Below, piece by piece: positions 23,948-35,950 of a stretch of DNA of 64,000 nucleotides. The position numbers were made by a program, and so were the translations under genes. Source of the stretch: Octopus sinensis. Taxonomy: Eukaryota. The DNA lies in NCBI RefSeq assembly GCF_006345805.1, contig NC_043017.1:10478001-10542000 (forward strand), written 5' to 3'. The notes under the pieces were generated by a model. That model searched no databases. It had not been told where the DNA came from and saw only the letters and a list, made by a program, of their open reading frames with translations. How positions within the stretch are numbered: the stretch's first letter is position 1; each line of letters starts with the position of its first letter.

Positions 23948-25230
23948 TGTAGAAATAGCGACCAAATCTCCCTCAAATCGTACCATCCTACCGCCTTAAA
24001 TGAAATAGAAATAAATAGGGTACATCAACAAATTCAATCATACTCCTAAAAAAAAAAACAAGATGGTCCGGTGGATCAGAGTTCACCTGGTGCTAGAAAC
24101 AAACGCAGACCTCCTAAAAGACTATGCTAGAAATAGCAACCAAATTTCCCTTAAATAACACCTGTCTTAAATACGTGAAGGAGGAACACCCCTAAATGAA
24201 AACAAGACGATCAGTTGGATCACGTTTAACCTGGTGTTAAAAAGCAACGCATTAGAAATAACAACCAAATCTCCTTCACATCACACTTGACTGTCTTTTA
24301 AATAGGAGCATGACGCTAGATAATGTGAACTTTTGCAAGACTCCTGTATAAAACACAAGATGATCAGCTGATTCAGTTAAGCTGATACTAAAAAAATCAA
24401 CACGGAAGTCTTAAGAGATTACGCTGAAATAGCGACCAAATCTCCCTTACGTTACATCTAGCCAGCTTTTAAACCATCATCTTCATCATCGTTTAACGTC
24501 CGTTTTTCCATGCTGGCATGGGTTGGACGGTTTGAACTTGGCGCTATCCAGACTCCAATTGTCTGTTTCTGTGACATGGTTTCTATTGCTGGGTGCCCTT
24601 CCTAATCCCAACAACTTAACACTGTGCTGGGTGCGTTTACGCAGCACCGGCATGGGTACTTTTTATGTGATACCGGCACCTGTAAGTGTAGGACAAGCCT
24701 GTAAGTCACAACAGATAAATCAGTCCTACATTACCCCTAAAAAAAAATCAGGCTTGCCTGTGAGATGACGTTTCAACTGGTGCTAAAAAGCAACACAGAG
24801 CTTCTAAAAGGTTACATTAGAAATAGCAGTCAAATCTCCCTCAAATAAATGGCTTTACTGCCTTAAACAAGGACAGGAACACATTAGATAATGTGGTCCT
24901 GTACTTTCCTAAAAGGAAACAGGATGATCAGCTGGATTATGGTTAAGCTGGAGCTAAAAACCAACAGAGATCTGTTAAAAGTTTGGCGAGGGTAAAAAAA
25001 AAATACGCACACCTGGTGGTTAGGGTTTAGGGGTTAGTTTTAAGGGTTAGGCCGAAAACGGGTGGTGTGCGTATTCTTTACCTCCGCCAAAAGTTTACAT
25101 TCGAAACAGCAGCTAAATCTCCCTCAAATCACTACTGATTGTCTTTTAAATAAAGGCAGGTCACATTAGCAGAATCAACCCTAACTGACTAAAATCGTTT
25201 GGTCAGCTGGATCACTCAAAGATTACATTA
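23948..25230. repeat. Degenerate tandem array (6 units, ~125-180 bp) of dispersed repeat family F
   Basis: AGAAATAGC.(G/A)CCAAAT.TCCC-like anchors at ~23951, 24129, 24254, 24425, 24819 and 25102. Interrupted by a family C copy and a MITE. Dispersed copies at 21365-21520, 22935-23045, ~10170 (-), ~61435 (-) and ~63485. Confidence 0.75.
24985..25088. mobile_element. 104-bp MITE, GG..CC termini, 8-bp TSD, internal TTAGGG-like repeats
   Basis: TSD AAAAGTTT at 24977-84 and 25089-96. TIRs GGCG.AGG(G)TAAA..AATACGCACACC / GGTGTGCGTATTCTTTACCTCCGCC. Confidence 0.85.
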
Positions 25231-25900
25231 AACTCAACAACCATAAAACGCAGATTACATTTATTGAAAGTTTATGCAAGACATTTTATATGTATACACA
25301 TACACACACACACTTCCCGGGTACACTAAATAACAAGGCATTACAATAGCTGCAGACAATTATTCACACTACAATAATCACGGTAGTTTCACCTGTAAAA
25401 CAAACATGTCAGCCTCCATCAGACACCTAGATTTTACTGATTACATTGTATGTATGTATGTTCGAGTATATATACATATATAGGTATACGTATAGAGATT
25501 GCATACACACACACACATATATATATATACGTATGTGTATATATATTCGTATGTACGTATGCATGTGTATATTTACATAGTACATACCTGTAAATATACA
25601 CTCAATATACACATGTGTCCGCTTACAGTATATATAAATACATGTGTACAGACACAGTTTATATACGTATATACAAACATATAGTATATATAGAAATGGG
25701 CTTATACACGGTATATACGTTTGTGTATACTCACAGTATCTGTGCGTGTATGTACAGTTGTTTCAAAAGTAAAGACTTTCAACATACTGATGTTATATAC
25801 GCTGATACACGCGTATATCTAAAGACATATTTAAACAAGTTTACACACTCATATTCAGTCACCTATATAAAGATCCATACAACTATATACATACATACAT

Positions 25901-25943
<43 letters not shown>

Positions 25944-25971
25944 ATATATATATATAGGTCATATGTATTCA

Positions 25972-26016
<45 letters not shown>

Positions 26017-26018
<2 letters not shown>

Positions 26019-26075
26019 ATCTTTTCCTTTTGAACGGCACTTTTCAACACAATTTCTAGTTAACTAAACACTTTA
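26017..26075. mobile_element. Terminal fragment of a GGATCTTTTCC-ended element in (TA)n
   Basis: GGATCTTTTCCTTTTGAACGG...CTAGTTAACTA matches the reverse complement of the 50-bp element at 35222-35271. Confidence 0.55.
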
Positions 26076-26518
26076 TATATATATAATATACTTAGAGATA
26101 TACATACACACATACATCACACACACACACGCAGATTACCAGTATATATATAAATACACATCACAGACATTCAGCCTATCACCTACACGTACATGTGCAT
26201 TACATACACACATCCTTTCTGATATTGACTATAAATATATTGACTATAATATATATATATATAATATCATAACTTTTATTGATTATATATATATATATAA
26301 TATCATAACGGAGATATAGATAAATGTCCAAAGCACAACCCAGAGGACAAATGGTTAATGGGCAGTATTCAAACAGCTAAATGGAGCCAACTCCACATAT
26401 ATATATATATATATGTCAATGGTTTTATGTTTTCTTTTATTTACTAACATTTACAAACAGCCCAAAAACTAAAGGGTGTATGTATAAGTAGTACACGTGT
26501 ATATATAGATATATAAAG

Positions 26519-26573
<55 letters not shown>

Positions 26574-27114
26574 TGTAATCTATGATGTGTCATTGTGTGG
26601 AATAGTGGCGGTGGTGTGTGTGTGTATATATATATATATTTAGATAAACAAGCAGACAGATAAGTGTGTATAACTCTGATAAGCTGATTTTTGCGCGAAG
26701 GGTATATAGACAGACAGGTGGGGAGAATTATGTAATATCAGGTGTATGTGTATATATATATATATATACACACACAATATATAATATATATATATATATA
26801 TATATACACATACACATTTGTGTGATGAGAGGTATGCGTATAGGTATAGTGAGCATGCGTGAGCATGTATATATGTGTGTGTGCGAGTGTGTTATGTGTA
26901 CACACACACACGCAGCCAAGCACATACATACATATTAGGTCTGCCTGTGGTTGTGTGGTACAAGGAGCTCGTCTCGCAACGTTGTGTTTCCGGGTTCAAT
27001 ACCACGGCAGGTCACCTTGGCTAAACGTTTGCTACCATAGCTTCATGTGAGTAGAACTGGGTAACGAAACAATGTACAAAAGCCAACACCGTAATGTATA
27101 TATATATATATATA

Positions 27115-27332
27115 TACGCACATAATATCACTAGTTGATTTATTCCATTAGTCCCAATTAACCCTGACAGGATTTGATAAATTTTACTCATCTACTAGCT
27201 TAAAGCTCCACCATCATTAGATATTTATTTATAATATCATTAGAAACATCACGTATTATCCATCCATCTATACATACATACATACATAAATATATTATAC
27301 ATATATATATATATATAATATATATATATATA

Positions 27333-27364
<32 letters not shown>

Positions 27365-27689
27365 ATGCATACATAATGAAGCATGTATGTGTATGCCCTT
27401 GTTTATGTCTGCGGCTCCCTTTAATGACCCCCCTGCAACTTTAGCGGGGTTCGGCACAAGAGCAAAGAGGTATAAAATAGGTAAATAAGGGCCGATAAAC
27501 TCTTCGAACAGGATCGATAAATCCTTCAAGAAGCAAATGTCTGGAGGATATGAAATGTCTGATTTCCTGTCAAAGATGTGTGCGCGCGCGCGTGGGTATA
27601 CAAGCGTGTGATACATAAAAGCATGTGTTTATGAATGTGCGTGAATATATATATATATAGATATATATATATATATAATATAATATATA

Positions 27690-27734
<45 letters not shown>

Positions 27735-27904
27735 ATATACGCACATAATATCACTAGTTGATTTATTCCATTAGTCCCAATTAACCCTGACAGGATTTGA
27801 TAATTTTACTCATCTACTAGCTTAAAGCTCCACCATCATTAGATATTTATTTATAATTATCATTAGAAACATCACGTATTATCCATCCATCTATACATAC
27901 ATAC

Positions 27905-27977
<73 letters not shown>

Positions 27978-28251
27978 GCATACATAATGAAGCATGTATG
28001 TGTATGCCCTTGTTTATGTCTGCGGCTCCCTTTAATGACCCCCCTGCAACTTTAGCGGGGTTCGGCACAAGAGCAAAGAGGTAGAAATAGGTAAATAAGG
28101 GCCGATAAACTCTTCGAACAGGATCGATAAATCCTTCAAGAAGCAAATGTCTGGAGGATATGAAATGTCTGATTTCCTGTCAAAGATGTGTGCGCGCGCG
28201 CGTGGGTATACAAGCGTGTGATACATAAAAGCATGTGTTTATGAATGTGCG

Positions 28252-28308
<57 letters not shown>
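27115..28308. repeat. Tandem duplication, period ~623 bp, bounded by (TA)n
   Basis: Unit starts TACGCACATAATATCAC at 27115 and 27738. Copies differ by microsatellite lengths and about 3 small indels or substitutions. Confidence 0.92.
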
Positions 28309-28311
<3 letters not shown>

Positions 28312-28785
28312 ATTGTCTGTATATATACACAGAGACACCTATATGTGTTTTATCCCTCCACACTTAGTTCAGTTGCATATTTCATACACTGAGATATACA
28401 ACACATACATATATCACACGATAGCAGGTGCCTCGTAAGACATTTAATTGCTTCCATTTGGTGTGTATATATATATATTTTTTTATATACTATAACGGTA
28501 TAAAAGGATTATAAACATGCCTGTGTATATAGGCGTGTAGCTGTATGTATACATACAGATGAGTGTAGAATACATGATACATAATTCATGTAGCAATACT
28601 TTTCTTATACATGTGATAACGACTGTGTTTCGTCTGATTAAATGCGTGTATGTGCGCATTAAATGCATGTGTAGATGGATGTATATACGGGTGAGTGTGA
28701 TGTAACAGTTATCTCACGCAGTGTAAGTGAAAAACGATTGGATCTTATAGGTATACACATGAACTGTGTGTGTATGTATGTTTGT

Positions 28786-28821
28786 ATAGATATTTGTGTA
28801 TATCGGTACAAGTGGTGTGTG

Positions 28822-28885
<64 letters not shown>

Positions 28886-28909
28886 GCAAACAAATATATA
28901 GTTCGGCAT

Positions 28910-28945
<36 letters not shown>

Positions 28946-28975
28946 TTGTATAGATATTTGTGTATATCGGTACAA

Positions 28976-29016
<41 letters not shown>

Positions 29017-29041
29017 AGCAAACAAATATATAGTTCGGCAT

Positions 29042-29078
<37 letters not shown>

Positions 29079-29090
29079 GCATAGATATAT
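28786..29090. repeat. Short tandem duplication (~160 bp)
   Basis: TAGATATTTGTGTATATCGGTACAAG...(TA)n...CAAACAAATATATAGTTCGGCATGATAG(ATAG)n occurs twice. Confidence 0.9.
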
Positions 29091-29205
29091 CGATTAATAT
29101 ATATACCAAGATATAGAAACATAGAACTTTATATATATTTATTTATATATATATATATGTGTGTGTATATATATATATATATATATAATCAATGATCACA
29201 CTTAC

Positions 29206-29347
29206 CTTCGACAGTGTCAGCTAGAGAGGGTTCGGCGGCGGTGGCGGCTGCGACAACAGCAGCAGCGGCCGCGGCAGCTGCCGACGTCGGAGAAGATACA
29301 GGCACCAATCCGTTCATGGAATCCAGTTTTTCCGAATGCTGAATCAT
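29206..29347 (-). CDS. Candidate first coding exon (47 aa, poly-Ala N-terminus), gene unidentified
   Basis: ATG at 29347 (A at -3) opens MIQHSEKLDSMNGLVPVSSPTSAAAAAAAAVVAAATAAEPSLADTVE, followed by consensus donor GAAG|GTAAGT (phase 1). Locally GC/CpG-rich, and the Ala codons are mixed rather than a pure repeat. Confidence 0.55.
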
Positions 29348-30677
29348 GATGATGATGACAACAACGTCGATGAAAACGACGACGAAGACGAAGACGACGA
29401 CAATGATGATGATGATGATGATGATGATCGTGGTTGTGGTGATAATAATAACGATGAAGATGATGATAGTGATAACGTTAACGACGTTAATAGCAACATT
29501 AACAACAACAGCAACGACGATATAAGGTGAAGAAGATTTATAAAGGTGATGTAGAAACGAACGATGATGAAGGAGGACGAAGGTGGAAGGCTGGATGACT
29601 GCTGATGATGATGGATCGAGAATGTAAGAGAATTTCTTCGGAGCCGTGGGAATCGGTAAATACACCCGAAGACACCACGGACGTTGGATCCAATCTTGTT
29701 TCCTTAAACACCTCCTTCTTTTCTTTTTATAGTACAATTATTGTTGTTGCTGCTACTGTTGTTGTTGTTGTGCAATCACGTTTTTTTTTTTTTTTTTTTT
29801 TGCTGTTGTATGTAGTCGTCTTATTCCTTTCTTCCTTCCTTCCGCTATTAATTAATCTCCCGTCTTTGAAGAATTATATGCAAAAAAAAAAAAGTCTTCC
29901 TTTTCCTCCGATAGCAACAGAAAAATAAAACACACAGAGAGCAGAGGACGGGGAAGATCCAAAAATATATATATCAAGATAATAATAATAATATATGTAT
30001 ATATATAGAGAGAGAGGGAGATGGGGTATAGATATGCGATTTATATATGTGTTTGTATGTGTGTAGCCAAAAATATAAAAGATTTTAAACGGTACCGAGT
30101 GATCCAAATAGAAACCCCCTCCACCAATGCATCGAACTACTGGCAGGGGGTTTTCAGGTTGAAAGTAGAGGTGTTTCTTGTAGTAGAAGTAGTAGTAGTA
30201 TGTGTGTATGTATTGTTGTTGTTGTGGTGGTAGTAGTAGTAGTAGTAGTAGTGTCACTAAGGAGGAGGGTCGGTTTGTTTATACTCCTTTCTGCTGTCTG
30301 GTTCCACACACACAACCGCGCGCACACACACATACATGGACACGTGCGCTGTCACACACACATGCACCGCACCGCACCACGCATATTCATACCACAGTCA
30401 CACACACACACACGGAGACACATACGCACACACACACACATACATATAGAGTGGGGCACAAAACACGGGGGCACGCAAGACTCACACATCGACGCACAAC
30501 AACACGCAGTCTCGCGCCCGCACGTACTGGCGACACCACGCAGCACACACAACTGTACACATGATAACACCACACAAACACAAACACAAACTACTACGAA
30601 CCACTACTACACACTTATATACACATAGATAGACAGATATACATACAGATCGTAAATATATACACACATACACACAC

Positions 30678-30812
30678 CTAGAGTGTCAGGGCAATAGAAA
30701 GGCTTTGAAGAAATATAACGATCGTAGTGATGGTTGATGGAGGGTTGCCATAAAGAGCAGCTTCCAACATCCACTCTACGTGTATAAAATTGAGCGTGTA
30801 AGATATATGTGT
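30678..30812 (-). other. Possible 5'-UTR exon (135 nt)
   Basis: Minus strand TATACATTTTCAG|ACAC...CTCTAG|GTGTGT. A unique-sequence island between microsatellites; the donor is weak. Confidence 0.2.
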
Positions 30813-31114
30813 CTGAAAATGTATAATATATACGTGTATATATCAGTATGTAAAGGGTAAATCATATATAATATATATGTATGTAGAAATATGTGGTGTA
30901 TAAAAATGTATGAATAAGTACTGTTCCACCTCGTTGTAAATGTACGCGTGTATATATATATATTTATGTGTGTATATAAATATATATATATGTAGGTTGT
31001 GTGTCCTTCCTTTTTCTCTCTCCTCTCGGCGATTGTATTAGTTTATATGTCCGTTTTTTTCCCCCCTGCTTCTGTTTCTTCTTAACAACGTTGAAAAACT
31101 TCTTGCTTTGGCGA

Positions 31115-31190
31115 TGAAAACCCGCCCAGCAAACAACCTGTTCTCCACACTAGTGGGGAGACTTGGCTGCACTGCGCATGCGTCAGGTTG
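31115..31190 (-). promoter_or_regulatory. Candidate promoter: NRF1-type palindrome plus GC box
   Basis: TGCGCATGCG at 31173-82 and CCCGCCC (GGGCGGG on minus) at 31121-27, about 1.8 kb upstream of the candidate first coding exon. Confidence 0.4.
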
Positions 31191-31262
31191 GATCTAGGTC
31201 ATACACTCACACATACATGCATGTAAACACACACGCGTACGCATGCATACGCACACACACAG

Positions 31263-31289
<27 letters not shown>

Positions 31290-31298
<9 letters not shown>

Positions 31299-32415
31299 AC
31301 ATACATACCACACACACGCACGCACGCAGAAACACTCACTCACTCTGTCTTTCTCTTACTATCTCTTTCTCGCTCAGTCTCTCTGTCTCTCTCTCTCTCT
31401 CTCTCTTTTCTATCTTTCTCGTTTTCTCATACACATACATACACTTTCACACACTAAGATAAATAAACAAAGACACACACACACACACACACACACAAAC
31501 ATATATATATATATATATTTATATACACGCCCGTTCATAGTGATGATGTACTATAGTGACACATCTTCACACAGATGTGTACATACTGATACATATATAA
31601 GCAACACACACACGTATATACATATACACATTCATATATACATACACATTCATATATATACACACGCACGTGTGTGAATGCGTGTATGTATGTGTGTGTG
31701 TGTGTGTGTACAACTTCAATGTGACACACATACACGTGTATACAGATATGTACTTCATACTCATACGTATATGTGTGTGCGCGTTTTCATACACACACAC
31801 ACACACACATACACACACATACACACATACATACCACACACACGCACGCACGCAGACACACTCACTCACTCTGTCTTTCTCTTACTATCTCTTTCTCGCT
31901 CAGTCTCTCTGTCTCTCTCTCTCTCTCTCTCTTTTCTATCTTTCTCGTTTTCTCATACACATACATACACTTTCACACACTAAGATAAATAAACAAGACA
32001 CACACACACACACACACACAAACATATATATATATATATATTTATATACACGCCCGTTCATAGTGATGATGTACTATAGTGACACATCTTCACACAGATG
32101 TGTACATACTGATACATATATAAGCAACACACACACGTATATACATATACACATTCATATATACATACACATTCATATATATACACACGCACGTGTGTGA
32201 ATGCGTGTATGTATGTGTGTGTGTGTGTGTGTACAACTTCAATGTGACACACATACACGTGTATACAGATATGTACTTCATACTCATACGTATATGTGTG
32301 TGCGCGTTTTCATACACACACACACACACACATACAGTGAAAGCAACATATGCGTACTCATAGTGACCCTTAAAAAAATACACGCATAATTGTATGTACA
32401 TAGGTGTGTGTGTAT

Positions 32416-32451
<36 letters not shown>

Positions 32452-32679
32452 AATAAGAAAGATGAAACTGTTGATTTCTTTCAAACTCCAGTCAATATAA
32501 TTTTAGAGAAAATAAAAATGAATTTGGAAAAAGCAGTAAAAGGTGAGGAATTATTCATTTTCACCTTAAATACTTTTATATGTAAATATTATATATATAT
32601 ATATATATATGTAAATATTATATACATATATATGTAATATTATATACATATATATGTAAATATTATATACATATATGTA

Positions 32680-32726
<47 letters not shown>

Positions 32727-33349
32727 CACGCCCGTTCATAGTGATGATGTACTATAGTGACACATCTTCACACAGATGTGTACATACTGATACATATATA
32801 AGCAACACACACACGTATATACATATACACATTCATATATACATACACATTCATATATATACACACGCACGTGTGTGAATGCGTGTATGTATGTGTGTGT
32901 GTGTGTGTGTACAACTTCAATGTGACACACATACACGTGTATACAGATATGTACTTCATACTCATACGTATATGTGTGTGCGCGTTTTCATACACACACA
33001 CACACACACACACAGTGAAAGCAACATATGCGTACTCATAGTGACCCTTAAAAAAATACACGCATAATTGTATGTACATAGGTGTGTGTGTATGTGTATG
33101 TGTGTGTGTGTGTGTGTGTGTGTATGTAATAAGAAAGATGAAACTGTTGATTTCTTTCAAACTCCAGTCAATATAATTTTAGAGAAAATAAAAATGAATT
33201 TGGAAAAAGCAGTAAAAGGTGAGGAATTATTCATTTTCACCTTAAATACTTTTATATGTAAATATTATATATATATATATATGTAAATATATATACATAT
33301 ATATGTAAATATTATATACATATATATGTAAATATTATATACATATATG

Positions 33350-33360
<11 letters not shown>
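31290..33360. repeat. Two overlapping tandem duplications (periods 523 and 678 bp)
   Basis: CACGCCCGTTCATAGTG anchor at 31526, 32049 and 32727. GTGAAAGCAACATATGCG block at ~32337 and ~33015. Confidence 0.92.
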
Positions 33361-33412
<52 letters not shown>

Positions 33413-33566
33413 GTATATATATATATGGATAAATATATACATATATATGTCTGTGTGTGTGTGTGTTAATAGGGAAACTTTCATAAATGCTGGTTTTGTC
33501 TTGTGTATTTCAGCAACCACCATTCCACCCCTCGCCACCTTATCTCACCCGGAGTGGATAATAATC

Positions 33567-33578
33567 GACCAATCAGAG
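33567..33578 (+). promoter_or_regulatory. CCAAT box (NF-Y consensus) in a unique GC-richer island
   Basis: GACCAATCAGAG within 33480-33670. Confidence 0.3.
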
Positions 33579-35221
33579 ACGAGATAGGTATTCAGTGCCG
33601 TCTCCGGTGCCCTGTACCGTGTTATTGTGTACACAGAGAGAGAGGTGAGCTGTGGATGAGACGTGAAGGATGTAGCTAGCTTTTTTTTGTCGGGTAGCAA
33701 CTTTGTTAAGTCAGTTTATAATAATAGAAACATCGTTATTACAAGATATAATACATAGCGATTAAAATATGGTGGAAGAAAAGAAAGCGAATAAAATTAC
33801 GGCGAAGTTAATTAACAGTGATGAATTGTTTAGTACCAGATAAAACTTTGTAACAGAGCAGCAGCCCTATGGATCAGAAATATTCCATTCGTGACCTTCC
33901 CGTTTTTTCCCTCAAAATATGCCGCTCGGATCACATTAATTAACGTGTCGTTTTTAAAAACAGCAGGGCTGTTGTGGTTCACCTCAAACGTGGGCCGCGG
34001 CAATGAAAGGATGAAGTTTTTTTTAGCTAAGTCGGAGAGGACGAAGCTTTTTTTTTTCGCTTTGTAAATCGTTGTTTAATAATAGTAACATTATCAGAAG
34101 ATACGATACATAGCAATGAAGATATGATAGAAGGGAGGAAAGCGATGAAAAATAAAAACAAAAATACGACGACGTGATGTTGATGTTATTTAATCCAAGC
34201 ACGGGCAACCGTTCTCGAGAAGCGGGCCACATAAGACATGGCTTAACATCATCAATTGAAAGTAATTTTGTTAAGCCACACGAACAGCAGGTTGCCCATA
34301 ATTAGTTTAGTCCCGGATAAACTCTAAGCATGCCTATGAATGGATCAGAAGCCTTCCATTCGTGACCTTCTCATTTTGTTTTTCATTGGCAGTGTGCACC
34401 TAAGACCATGTGATTAAAAGACAGCATAAATGTTGTTGATGATGTTTAACTTCAGATCAGGCCTTGTTGAGTAAACCTTTGATCAAATCAAAGGCCTTCC
34501 ACTTTTAACTATCCCGTATTTTCTCCTATGTATTCTTTGTATTATATAAGACATGAGGGGTGGCCTGTGATTTCAGGAAAACTCAATTATTTCTAGTAGC
34601 GCATGAGACCGCTATGAAACTCACTCGTTGGATCGTCGTGATAGCGATTGTGAATAGAGGTGAGTGAGAGAGAGAGAGAGAGAAGCTTCTAATGTTTGTT
34701 ACTTGATTCGGGAGTAACAGTTGTTGCGGCAGATAATATACGATGGATACAAGTGTCATTCAGAGAGAGAGAGAAATACAAACAGATGGATAAATAGATA
34801 AGATAGACAGAGAGAGAGAAAGAGAGATGAGAAGGTAGACAGCTATCTAATAAACAGACAGACAGTTCGATTGATAGATAGCGGACAGATACATCAATAA
34901 ATAAGACGGGCAGTCAGTCGGACAGACAGACTGAGATAGACAGATAGATAGATAGATAGATAGATAGACAGACGGACAGACAGATAGTTAAATAAAGATT
35001 GATAGATACATAAATAGACGGAGAGGCAGACAGATAGATAGATAGACGGATAGATAGATAGACAGATAGAGAGATAGATAGATAGATACATAGATAGACA
35101 GATAGATAGATAGTTAAATAAAGATTGATAGATACATAAATAGACAGACAGATAGATAGGTAGAGAGATAGATAGATAGACAGACAGATAGATAGGTAGT
35201 TAAATAAAGATTGATAGATAC

Positions 35222-35271
35222 GGATCTTTTTAGTTAACTAGGAAAATCTGGCTTTCAAAAGGAAAAGATCC
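35222..35271. mobile_element. 50-bp TIR element with 8-bp TSD
   Basis: GGATCTTTT...AAAAGATCC, with TSD ATAGATAC at 35214-21 and 35272-79. The uninterrupted target is present in sibling units at 34985 and 35111. Confidence 0.8.
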
Positions 35272-35637
35272 ATAGATACATAAATAGACAGACAGATAGA
35301 TAGACGGAGAGGCATACAGATAGATAAATAGACGGACAGGCAGACAGATAGATAGATTGATAGATAGATATACAGACAGATAAATAGATAGAGTGGAGGT
35401 AGAGTGTTAAAGAAAGCAAGAGAATAATGAATATTAAAAGCAGATAGCTAGTAGAAGGGTTATGAAAGAAAACGTACGTTTAACCTACTTCTCTATCTAT
35501 CAATTTAATCAATCACTGTCTGCTAATCTATCTAAATCTGTCATGTTAGCTAACTTTTCGTCTCTTTCTCTTTTTCCTTTTTTAATAGCTTCTTGCTCTT
35601 TCTCTCTACCTCTAATCCACATATTTACATATGTTTT

Positions 35638-35725
35638 CTGTATTTACTCGTGTATAAGCCGCACCCCAGGTTTTTCGGTTAAAATCAAGTATAAAATAGT
35701 ACAACTTACGCACGAGTAAAAGCAG
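35638..35725. mobile_element. Small Tc1/pogo-like MITE
   Basis: CTGTATTTACTCGTGTATAAG / CTTACGCACGAGTAAAAGCAG imperfect TIRs, TA on the right flank. Confidence 0.55.
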
Positions 35726-35819
35726 TATTTGCACACAAACATACATTAATATTTAGCAAAAGCAACTGATTAACTCAAGTTTCGTTTGTTGGCACTTCTC
35801 AGACTAGTTTTAAATAGAT

Positions 35820-35910
<91 letters not shown>

Positions 35911-35950
35911 TGATAGATAGATATGCATCACCACAACTCTGTGTACGTGA

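Noticed and set aside
25017-25052. TTAGGG-like repeats as a telomere or healed break
   Set aside because: Only a few imperfect units, enclosed by TIRs and an 8-bp TSD of a MITE.
23948-25230. CRISPR-like repeat/spacer appearance
   Set aside because: The repeats are degenerate, the inter-repeat sequences are homologous to each other, unit lengths vary widely, the context is eukaryotic, and no cas genes are present. No hammerhead core was found in the units either.
25330-25415. Minus-strand acceptor with CTGAC branch-like site (TTTGTTTTACAG| at 25393)
   Set aside because: All frames stop within 10 codons (phase 1 gives GETTVIIVV*). No donor or poly(A) evidence was identified; likely cryptic.
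26330-26400. Possible further hammerhead (CCAGAGGA...CAAACAGCTAAATGG)
   Set aside because: Core nucleotides are mutated and the stems cannot be paired; too decayed to support.
29189-29737. Full 182-aa ORF read as a membrane protein
   Set aside because: The listed start is TTG directly after an in-frame TAA, and the hydrophobic stretch is a translated (ATC/GTC)n repeat. Only the ATG-to-donor part (29347-29206) is retained.
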